Shown here one piece after another: positions 9,272-17,990 of a DNA stretch of 64,000 bases. Position 1 is the stretch's first letter. Each line of letters opens with the position of its first letter. Below the pieces are notes generated by a model that was not told the origin of the DNA, did no database searches, and saw only the letters and a program-made list of their open reading frames with translations. The DNA is from an uncultured Aquimarina sp. (GTDB lineage Bacteria > Bacteroidota > Bacteroidia > Flavobacteriales > Flavobacteriaceae), in the NCBI GenBank assembly GCA_947498785.1, contig CANMLS010000005.1, positions 150,951 to 214,950 of the forward strand. The letters run 5' to 3'. The position numbers and the translations under genes are program-made.

Positions 9272-9664
9272 TTAAAATATAGATTCAACTCCAGAAACAT
9301 CTGTTTTGATTGGAAGGATATCTGTAATGCAAGGAAACCATTTTATTTTAAATAAATCATAAAAACGTGTGATACTAAATGTGGGATGACCTCTGTCAGA
9401 GTGAGCATCTAATTTAAAAGGGCATCCAGAAAATTCCCAATACAAATACCCATTTTTTGATAACCCAAAAGCTTCAGATGTAGCATCAAAAAACTCTTTA
9501 TAAGGAGAAACTGAATAATCAAAAGCCCATGTCCATTCATCATAAAAATTATCCCCCCTTTCGTGTAGCATGATTAATCCAATTTTAGTTTTAGTAATTT
9601 TTGAAAGATTTTTAAAATATCCAACTACAGTATTATTTGGAAGATAATTTACAGAACAATCCAA
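9272..9664 (-). CDS. Hypothetical protein (130 aa, TTG start in the ORF track)
   Basis: Open frame only. It is Trp/Phe/Tyr-rich with no motif I recognise, and its start codon is uncertain. Confidence 0.35.
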   Translation of the reverse strand: MDCSVNYLPNNTVVGYFKNLSKITKTKIGLIMLHERGDNFYDEWTWAFDYSVSPYKEFFDATSEAFGLSKNGYLYWEFSGCPFKLDAHSDRGHPTFSITRFYDLFKIKWFPCITDILPIKTDVSGVESIF

Positions 9665-9693
9665 TGACCTAATGGTTTTCTCATTGTTAATTT

Positions 9694-10050
9694 TTATCTC
9701 AACAGGATTAGATATAAGTGGGATGTGATTTTTTGCATTTTTTTTCCAAATTGATTCTTTTTGTAAGCATAGTCATTAATATCTATTAAAAGTAATCCAT
9801 TGTCGGATAAATGCCACTGATTCTCAGAATGATTTAACCAGAATACTTTATTTTTTAGTTTAGCATTTTGTTTTAGCTCATCTATAATTTTTGAACTATT
9901 TTCTGCAATAGCACAGATTCTTGTAGACATATAACTTTTGATATATTTTTTGATTAATGAGGTGCGCTTTATTCTATATAACTTAATCTTTTTAAAATTA
10001 AAAAAAATAAAAAGATAGTAGTTAAGATTTGACAATATTTTTAAATTCAA
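9694..10050 (-). CDS. Hypothetical protein; the real start may be the internal Met at 9930 (78 aa)
   Basis: Open frame only. The N-terminal 40 aa are low-complexity and AT-driven (NLNYYLFIFFNFKKIKLY). Confidence 0.25.
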   Translation of the reverse strand: MNLKILSNLNYYLFIFFNFKKIKLYRIKRTSLIKKYIKSYMSTRICAIAENSSKIIDELKQNAKLKNKVFWLNHSENQWHLSDNGLLLIDINDYAYKKNQFGKKMQKITSHLYLILLR

Positions 10051-10350
10051 TTTTTTCGAAGTTACTTATATTTATAGGATATACATACACATGTATGGTT
10101 TGTTGCTTGGTTAGGTACAATGATTTAGTAACTACAAATTAAATAGAAACTACTCAAGAATTTTCTTTAGTATGCTAGAGTTAATAAATTATCCACGTTT
10201 CGGGTGCATAGTATAGATATCTTTTATTTATCGTGTCGAATTACTCAATATTAGATTTTCTTTTTACTTTTTTGATGGTATAGTAGGCTCAAACTTGAAT
10301 TTCTATACATTAATCGATTCTGGTTAAATTAGATATTGAAACGATTATCT

Positions 10351-10875
10351 TTATTGCTGGTAGTTTTTATTGAACCAAGCCATTGGAATATCAGCCTCAA
10401 AATTTTTAGTTCCGTTATCAATTCTTTTTTCAAATCTACCTTCAATTTTAAAGTCTAATCTTTCATAAAATTTAATTGCTTTTATATTGCTTTCTCTAGC
10501 GATAAGTTCTACTCTCAGAATATCAGTTCTTTTTTCTTCAACATATTTTAAAAGAGAATTAAAAAGTAATTTTCCTAAACCCTGATTTTGATATTTTGGA
10601 TCAACTACAATAGTTAATTCAGATAAAATATGATTAAAAACACTAGGAATTGGTTTATAGCAATGTATTTCTGCAATTATTTTGTTGTGGTTAGGGTCAT
10701 CAACAACTAAACAGATACCATTTTCTATTGAATTTTTGAGATTAGTAAGAACATAACTCTTAGTAATTTCATTTTCAGTTCTTGCAATTCCTCCAACTGT
10801 TTTTGAAACTTCTTTATAAAGCTTTAATAAGCTTTTTTGGTCCGTCAAATTTGCAAATCTTGTAGTAAAATTCAT
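10351..10875 (-). CDS. GNAT-family N-acetyltransferase
   Basis: Acetyl-CoA binding motif A, VVDPKYQNQGLGKLLFNSLL (Q/R-x-x-G-x-G/A), followed by AIKFYERLDF. The 174 aa length is typical of the family. Confidence 0.85.
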   Translation of the reverse strand: MNFTTRFANLTDQKSLLKLYKEVSKTVGGIARTENEITKSYVLTNLKNSIENGICLVVDDPNHNKIIAEIHCYKPIPSVFNHILSELTIVVDPKYQNQGLGKLLFNSLLKYVEEKRTDILRVELIARESNIKAIKFYERLDFKIEGRFEKRIDNGTKNFEADIPMAWFNKNYQQ

Positions 10876-11606
10876 GGATTATCGCTTTTCTTTAATTGTT
10901 CATAGGGATTAATAAGTAGCTTTCTGGTAGTTCTTTATTTGAAGAAAAATTATTTACTCAATAATATTCAAAATCGAAAGGCTTTGACCATTTATAATTC
11001 ATATCGGGGAGAAATTTATTATAAATATAGAGATAATCAAAATCAAAATTTTTAAACCCTTTATAAATAAATTTCAACATTAAAATAGAATGGAAAGACT
11101 CTTTTTTGACATCATCAATGAATAGAACCATTAGATAGGCTTTTTCGGAAATTTGTGATTATACTGATACACTAAATTTCTATTGTGTTCATGTTTTTAT
11201 AGATTACTTTTTTTGTTAACCAAATGTTACTTGTCGGTTAAAAAAGTATCATGATTAGGATGTTATGATAATTTAAATATCTGATTTTGAGCGTTTTGTA
11301 AAATTTTACTATTTACATTTTTTTAAGTACGGTTTTACCTCAAACATCCTATTAATTAAGATTTGTACATTTGAATAGCTTTTGAGAAAACAATTTTTCA
11401 TTTAAGCAGAGTGACATAATTACCTCATTACTTTTATAACAAAAAGATTAATTAAACGCAATAAATTTCTGCTTAGTTAGTCTACTTTCAAAATTATTTT
11501 TAATAATCTTGATTCGCAAAAAATCTTACCAAAAAGGGATTGTGAGTCATATGGCGAAGCTTTATCCTCGATCTAATAAACTTTTATAATCTTAAAACCA
11601 AAGAAT

Positions 11607-12131
11607 ATGTGTATCAGTAAACCTGGCCAATGGTATGTGCTATATGTAAAAGCGCGTCATGAACGAAAAATAGAAAGCCTGTTGAAAGAAAATCAGATAG
11701 AGACATTTTTACCATTAGTTAAAACAGTTCGAAAATGGAGTGATCGAAAAAAAGAGATAGAAGCACCTTTATTTCCCTCTTATGTTTTTGTGAAAATTAA
11801 TTTAAAGAAAGATGCACATAAAGTTTTATCAGTTAGATCCTATTGCTTTTTTATTCGTTTCGGAGATGAATTTGCTAAAGTACAGGAAAGAGAAATAGAC
11901 TCGATTAAACATCTTATAAAAATGAATGTTCCTCTAAAAGTAGAAAATTATACACCGTCAGTAAAAGTAGGTGAACATAGAAAAATAAATAAAGGTGTAC
12001 TAAATGGTTTAAACTGCGAAATTCTTAAAGCTAATAATGAAAATAAAATCGTAGTATTCATTGATTCTATAAAACAAAATATTGTAGCAACAGTACCATC
12101 GTCTTACATTTCTGAAATGGTTGTTGTCTAA
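11607..12131 (+). CDS. NusG-paralog / UpxY-family transcription antitermination protein (NGN + KOW)
   Basis: NGN domain pattern WYVLYVKARHERKIESLLKENQIETFLPLV...RKW.DRKK.IE.PLFPSYVFVKI. C-terminal KOW-like VKVGEHRKINKGVLNGLNCEILK. It is the first gene of the co-directional cluster. Confidence 0.8.
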   Translation: MCISKPGQWYVLYVKARHERKIESLLKENQIETFLPLVKTVRKWSDRKKEIEAPLFPSYVFVKINLKKDAHKVLSVRSYCFFIRFGDEFAKVQEREIDSIKHLIKMNVPLKVENYTPSVKVGEHRKINKGVLNGLNCEILKANNENKIVVFIDSIKQNIVATVPSSYISEMVVV

Positions 12132-12557
12132 GTGAATTTTAATGATATAAAGGTTCAGAGAGTATAAAATTATTTGACTAATCTAGTAATCCAAGCTGGA
12201 TCGGTTGTCTAAATCTTTATGAGTTGATACTTTTTAAAATGTAACAAACTATATAGATTAACAAAACAGCAAACTTCATAACGTTGGGTAAAGCATTTAC
12301 TTCCTAATCTTATTACCCGAAGCATTTTTTAAGCATGTTTCAAGACAAAATTGCTTGAGGATATGGATGTATACTTTACTGTTTTTTTGAGAAAGTAAAG
12401 CTCAAAGGAACTCAAATGTCAGATACACAATAAAATTATATATAAAGTAGGTAAAAATCATTGGTTTTTACACTATCATCAATATAACTGCACAAACACT
12501 TTAACATATTATATCAGGATCATCAAACAGGGGTCTGATTATTAACTCTTTTTATTT

Positions 12558-13556
12558 ATGACTATGGAACTAATTGAAAAAATAAGTAAAATCGAAAAAT
12601 TTATTGGTAATACAAAAACTTACCAATTGGATTATGACCGTTCTAATCTTTTTGCAAAATTGGAATATGGAAGTTTTATGGGAAGTATAAAAGATCGACT
12701 TGCATTTTATACAGTAAGGCAAGCAATACTAGATGGTTATATAAATAAAGATACTACCGTTATAGAATCTTCTTCAGGAAATTTTGCAGTAGGTTTAGCT
12801 GGAATTTGTAAGTGTTTAGGACTTAAATTTATTGCAGTTGTAGATCCTAACATTACAGAAGAAAAAGAAAAACATCTTTCTTTTTTAGCACATGAAACTA
12901 TTAAAGTTCAGAAAAGAGATCAATATGATTCTTATTTACTTACCAGAATCGAATTGATTAACAAAATCCTAAAAGAGAATGATAATTATTTTAATATCAA
13001 TCAGTATAAGAATGTTAATAACTATTTGTGCTACTACAATACAATGGCAAATGAAATCATTAGGGATTTCAAAAGACTAGATTATCTTTTTATAGCTGTA
13101 AGCACAGGGGGTACAGTAACAGGGTTATCATTAAAATTGAAAGAGCATTATCCAAACATTAAGATAGTTGCTGTAGATATAGAAGGGTCAATCATATTTA
13201 GTGATGTGGTTAAAAAGAGGATTATTTCAGGAATGGGAGCGAGTAGAAAGAGCAATTTTATAGAGAAAGGAAAGCTAGATGAAGCAATTATTCTTCCTCA
13301 AGATGAGATCATGCAGGGATGTCTTGATTTGCTGAAAGAGCAAATGGTATTTGCTGGAGGATCCTCTGGGGCGGTATACGTAGCGGCCAAAAAATTACTG
13401 GAGAAAGAAAATAATTCTGATTTGAACGCCTTAATTATATGCCCCGATAGAGGACATGCTTATATAGATAGTATTTATAAAAGAATAGATAACAAAACCC
13501 TTGAAAAACAAAAAGAGTTTTCTGAACCACAACTAGAATACGAGTCATTAGTATAA
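12558..13556 (+). CDS. sbnA: PLP-dependent SbnA-like enzyme (first step of L-2,3-diaminopropionate synthesis)
   Basis: Cysteine-synthase fold with the PLP lysine in FMGSIKDR. ESSSGNFAVGLA, YLLTRIE...NQYKN and VSTGGTVTG track S. aureus SbnA as I recall it. It is paired with an SbnB-like gene. Confidence 0.8.
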   Translation: MTMELIEKISKIEKFIGNTKTYQLDYDRSNLFAKLEYGSFMGSIKDRLAFYTVRQAILDGYINKDTTVIESSSGNFAVGLAGICKCLGLKFIAVVDPNITEEKEKHLSFLAHETIKVQKRDQYDSYLLTRIELINKILKENDNYFNINQYKNVNNYLCYYNTMANEIIRDFKRLDYLFIAVSTGGTVTGLSLKLKEHYPNIKIVAVDIEGSIIFSDVVKKRIISGMGASRKSNFIEKGKLDEAIILPQDEIMQGCLDLLKEQMVFAGGSSGAVYVAAKKLLEKENNSDLNALIICPDRGHAYIDSIYKRIDNKTLEKQKEFSEPQLEYESLV

Positions 13557-13603
13557 AAAGTATTAAAAGAAAATAAAAGATAACCTATCAATATTATAGT
13601 ATA

Positions 13604-14563
13604 ATGATTTACTTAAACGAAAAAGATTTGTTTACAATTGGACTTAACTGGAAAGAATTTACAGAAACAATCAGAGAAGGAGTACGTTGTTTACATCAAG
13701 GAGAAAGTGTACAGCCAATCAAACCATATTTAAGGTTTAAAGACATCAAAAATAGAATTATTGCTATGCCTGCATATCTAGGTAATAATTTTGATGTAGC
13801 CGGAATTAAATGGATAGCAAGCTTTCCTGATAATATCAAAAAAAATAAAGCAAGAGCAAATTGTGTTACCATCTTAAATCATGCAGATACTGGAGAACCA
13901 ATCTGTATTATTAATACCCAACTTATTAGTGTATTAAGAACAACTACAGTAAGTAGACTAATGATCGAAGAGTATTGTTCTTTGAAGAAAATACAAAACC
14001 CTAAAATTGGAATTATAGGGTTTGGACCAATAGGAAAGTATCATTTAGCAATGTGCCAGGACTATTTTAAAGATGACAATGCAGAGTTTTTTATTTATGA
14101 TCTTAATGGAGTACACCCGAAAGATATAGAGATGTACGATAATGTAACCGTTGTTGATAATTGGTATAGTGCATATAAAGATGCAGATGTTTTTATGACA
14201 TGTACAGTTTCTAACGAAAGGTATATTGATAAAAAACCAAAAGAAAACTCACTACACTTGAATGTTTCATTAAGAGATTATAAAACAGAACAGATTGAAT
14301 ATTTTAAAGATGGTATAATAGTAGATAAGTGGAAAGAGATTTGCAGAGAAAATACAGATATCGAAGCTATGCATAAAGAGCGTAATCTCGTTGAAGCTGA
14401 TGTGAAATCTATAGAAGATGTTGTAATCAATAAATGTTTAAAAAATATGATAGATAAAACGGCTATTCTATTTAATCCTATGGGAATGGCAATTTTTGAT
14501 ATAGCTCTAGGACATTATTTCTACAATAAATCAAAAGAACTAGAGGTAGGAGCAGTTTTATAA
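13604..14563 (+). CDS. sbnB: Ornithine cyclodeaminase/mu-crystallin family SbnB-like NAD-dependent dehydrogenase (second step of L-Dap synthesis)
   Basis: VQPIKPYLRF...NRIIAMPAYLG...AGIKWIASFPDN, the Rossmann motif IGIIGFGPIGK, and LFNPMGMAIFDIA match the SbnB pattern (QPLKPYLR...RIIAMPS..GIKWI...LLNPMGMAIEDI). Confidence 0.8.
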   Translation: MIYLNEKDLFTIGLNWKEFTETIREGVRCLHQGESVQPIKPYLRFKDIKNRIIAMPAYLGNNFDVAGIKWIASFPDNIKKNKARANCVTILNHADTGEPICIINTQLISVLRTTTVSRLMIEEYCSLKKIQNPKIGIIGFGPIGKYHLAMCQDYFKDDNAEFFIYDLNGVHPKDIEMYDNVTVVDNWYSAYKDADVFMTCTVSNERYIDKKPKENSLHLNVSLRDYKTEQIEYFKDGIIVDKWKEICRENTDIEAMHKERNLVEADVKSIEDVVINKCLKNMIDKTAILFNPMGMAIFDIALGHYFYNKSKELEVGAVL

Positions 14564-14819
14564 TATTTTTAATAAGAAAGGTGTCCCGTTTTTAATTCAT
14601 TGTACTAGCATTTTTGAGAAAATATAAATCTTTCTCACTCTTCAATTCCTTAATTCATAAACATTGTTTTTATACTTAACAGAGTATAAAAGAAATATCG
14701 TATCAACAATAATTTTTGCATTGTCAAGCAGTAGCGTAGTTGTCCTATAGCACATTATAATAGGTTGTACGATGATTACATGTGTAAAGAAGTTAAAATA
14801 ATAATTAAAAAACTAAAAA

Positions 14820-16208
14820 ATGAGCTCACTTAAAAAATATCATTTATCAGAAACATCAAAAATAGTTTCATCTTCTGTACCAGGAGAAAAATCAAAATTT
14901 TTATTAGATCTGCAAAAAGACATAGAAAGTAGTGTGGTTTCATATCCTATAAGTATGCCTATTGCTATAAAAAGGGCTAAAGGAAGTATTATCGAAGATG
15001 TTGATGGAAATCAATTTATAGATTTTTTTAGTGGATGTGGTGTTTTAAATGTAGGACATAGTAATGATTTTGTTTTAGAATATGTAAAAAAACAACAATC
15101 AGAATTAATTCATGCCTTAGATTTTCCTACAGAAAATAAGCTTTTGTTAATTAAAAAAATAATTAGTCATTTACCAGAAAATATTAGAAATGATTATAAA
15201 GTAAGTTTTGGTGGCCCGACAGGTTCTGATGCTGTTGAAGCGGCAATAAAGTTAGCAAAAATCAAAACGGGAAGAGATGGTATAATTGCTTTTACAGGAG
15301 GTTACCATGGGATGACTTCTGGTGCTTTGGCTGTGACTTCTGATACCTTTTTCAGAAATAATTTAACATCCCTGATGCCTAATGTTCATTTTGCACCTTA
15401 TAATTATCCATACAGAAGTACATCCAATACAACCCATGAGATAGATGGTATAGCTTACTTAAAAAATATACTTACAAACAGCCATTCAGGAATATCTAAA
15501 CCAGCTGCAATTCTTGTAGAACCCATTCAGGGAGAAGGAGGAAATATCGTACCAGAAGATGGCTATCTAGAAGAACTAGTAAGAATTGCCCATGAAAATG
15601 ATGTATTGGTCATATTTGATGAAGTACAGTGTGGTTTTTTTAGAACAGGTAGTTTTTTAGAATTTATGAATACAAATGCTGTACCCGATATTATCACTTT
15701 TTCTAAAGGTTTTGGTGGAATTGGGTTTCCAATTTCGGGATTAATTTATAAAAAAGAAGTTGAAGCCTGGGGGCCTGCAGCGCATATAGGAACTTTTAGA
15801 GGAAATCAGGTAAGTATAGCCGCAGCAAGAGGAGCCTTTGATTTTATTGAGACATATAATATAGAAGAGCATACTGTATTGATAGGTTCCTATTTATTAG
15901 AGAAATTAAAAGAATTGGAAGAAGAAAATCCATTTATAGGAGAAGTACGAGGAAGAGGAATGATGATTGGTGTAGAACTCGTAAAAGATAAAAAAACCAA
16001 GGAACCTTTTCCAGAATTCATGAAAAAATTCAGATCTCAATGCTTTCAAAGAGGTTTATTATTCGAAGTAGGAGGACATTATAATAATGTATTACGGCTG
16101 GTTCCTCCATTAGTTACTACATATAACATTGTAGACGAAGCAATAGCTATTATGAAAGAAGCTATAGCTGTTTGTATGGAAGAATATTTAGAACCTACTC
16201 TAGCTTAA
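14820..16208 (+). CDS. Class-III PLP aminotransferase, diaminobutyrate-2-oxoglutarate transaminase-like (EctB/PvdH-type)
   Basis: IESSVVSYPISMPIAIKRAKG resembles the EctB N-terminal ES.VRSY.R.FP motif. Other matches are GVLNVGHSN, FTGGYHG, FDEVQCGFFRTG and the PLP lysine in TFSKGFGG. Confidence 0.75.
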   Translation: MSSLKKYHLSETSKIVSSSVPGEKSKFLLDLQKDIESSVVSYPISMPIAIKRAKGSIIEDVDGNQFIDFFSGCGVLNVGHSNDFVLEYVKKQQSELIHALDFPTENKLLLIKKIISHLPENIRNDYKVSFGGPTGSDAVEAAIKLAKIKTGRDGIIAFTGGYHGMTSGALAVTSDTFFRNNLTSLMPNVHFAPYNYPYRSTSNTTHEIDGIAYLKNILTNSHSGISKPAAILVEPIQGEGGNIVPEDGYLEELVRIAHENDVLVIFDEVQCGFFRTGSFLEFMNTNAVPDIITFSKGFGGIGFPISGLIYKKEVEAWGPAAHIGTFRGNQVSIAAARGAFDFIETYNIEEHTVLIGSYLLEKLKELEEENPFIGEVRGRGMMIGVELVKDKKTKEPFPEFMKKFRSQCFQRGLLFEVGGHYNNVLRLVPPLVTTYNIVDEAIAIMKEAIAVCMEEYLEPTLA

Positions 16209-16229
16209 ATCCTAATAAAACAAATAATA

Positions 16230-17990
16230 ATGTCACTCATGAAATCGTCTGTTCCAGAAAGTATACCCATTGAAAAAACACTAATAGAAATATTTGAAGC
16301 ACACCTGAAGCGATCACCAAACAAAATTCTGTATAGATTCTTGGCAAATGGAGATGAAGAAAGCGATTCGAGAACGTATCAGGAATTATATAATAGAGCT
16401 CAAATTATAGCATCTCATATTTTAGAATATGTCAATCAGGGAGACCGTGTTCTATTATTGTTTCCCTCTGGACTAGATTTTACAGACGCTTTTTTTGGCT
16501 GCCTACTTGCAGGAGTTATTGCAGTTCCTGCTTTTCCTCCTCAAGGGAAGCGAAGAATAGGCAGATTAGAAAAAATAGTTTCAGATTGTAATGCTAGTCT
16601 TGTTTTAACCAAAGAAGGAATTTATGAAAAAACTAAGACATGGTTTGATTCAGAATTAGATTGGCTTAAAACAGATATTATAGGTAATCATATTGAGAGA
16701 AAACTACCTGTTATTAGCTCAGATACCATTGCTTTTTTACAATATACTTCTGGATCGACAGGAAACCCGAAAGGGGTAATTGTAGATCACTCTAATATAA
16801 TCCATAACAGCGAATTGTTTAAAAAATGTTTCCAAACAGATGCTAAATCTGTTGGAGTTTCATGGCTTCCGATATATCATGATATGGGATTAATAGGGAA
16901 CGTAATTCAAGCATTTTATGTTGGGTTTGAGCTTATTATAATGCCTCCAGTGGCATTTGTTCAAAAGCCAGTTAGGTGGTTAAAAGCATTTTCAAAATAT
17001 AGAGGAACGATTAGTTGCGGGCCAAATTTTGCATATGATTTATGTACAAACCAAATAAGAAACGAGGATTTAGAAGGAATAGATTTAAGTAGTTGGCGGG
17101 TAGCGATTAATGGATCAGAACCTATTCGTCCTGATACTTTTGAAAAGTTTGCTTTACGATTCGAAAAATACGGTATTCAAAAAAAAACCTTATTTCCTGG
17201 ATATGGACTAGCAGAGGTCACACTAACTGTAAGCGGATGTAAGTTTGATGGCTTTCCAGTAACGTTAGAACTAGAAAAGAAGAGTTTTAAAAATAAAGAG
17301 ATAAAAGTTCTAACATCTTCTCAAAGTCAAAATGACACGATACGATTAATGGGAAATGGACCTGTGATAGATGGTTTGATTGTGAAAATTGTAGATCCAA
17401 AAACAAAGAAGGTTTGTGATAAAAATCAGATAGGTGAGGTCTGGATCAGTGGAGCGAGTGTTGCAAAAGGATATTGGGAAAAAGAAGAGACTACAAAAGA
17501 AATTTTCCATGCATTTCCCAAGGATACTAAGGGAGTAGAAAATAAAGAAGAAGGTCCTTTTCTACGTACAGGAGATATGGGATTCCTTTATGATGGAGAA
17601 CTCTATATCTCTGGTCGTTTAAAGGAGATGATCATTTTTAATGGGGTTAATTATTATCCACAGGATTTAGAACGTACCGTACAATACTCTCATTCAGATC
17701 TACAAAACAATGCAGGAGTAGTATTCTGTACAAATATAGATGAACAAGAAAAGTTAATAGTAGTACAAGAAATTAAACGAACAAGTATACGAACGTACAA
17801 TCGAGAATCTTTAGTACAAAGTATTTGTCAATCCATATTAGAAGAACATGAACTACCAGTTTATAGTATTATTTTAATTAGTCCAGGGCGAGTATCCAAA
17901 ACTTCGAGTGGTAAAATTCAACGTTTAGCCACTAAGTTGGCCTATGAATCTGATACTCTCGATGGAGTAATTGATTCTTGGAAAAGAGGA
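16230..17990 (+). other. Fatty acyl-AMP ligase (FAAL) domain
   Basis: AMP-binding cores LQYTSGSTGNPKG, YGLAE, GDMGF and GRLKEMII, with a FAAL-style N-terminus (TLIEIFEAHLKRSPNKILYRFL). Approximate boundaries. Confidence 0.8.

Noticed and set aside
10351-11131. GNAT as the toxin of a TacT/AtaT-type toxin-antitoxin pair, with a 57-codon minus-strand ORF (10958-11131) upstream as the antitoxin
   Set aside because: The small ORF (MVLFIDDVKKESFHSILMLKFIYKGF...) is aromatic-rich with no ribbon-helix-helix character. It is separated from the GNAT gene by 82 nt, and the GNAT looks like an ordinary small-molecule acetyltransferase.
11504-11511. TAATCTTG upstream of the NusG-like gene as a Bacteroidetes -7 promoter box (consensus TAnnTTTG)
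   Set aside because: It has one mismatch in the conserved T-run, no convincing -33 TTTG partner, and such near-matches are frequent in AT-rich DNA. There is not enough support to annotate a promoter.
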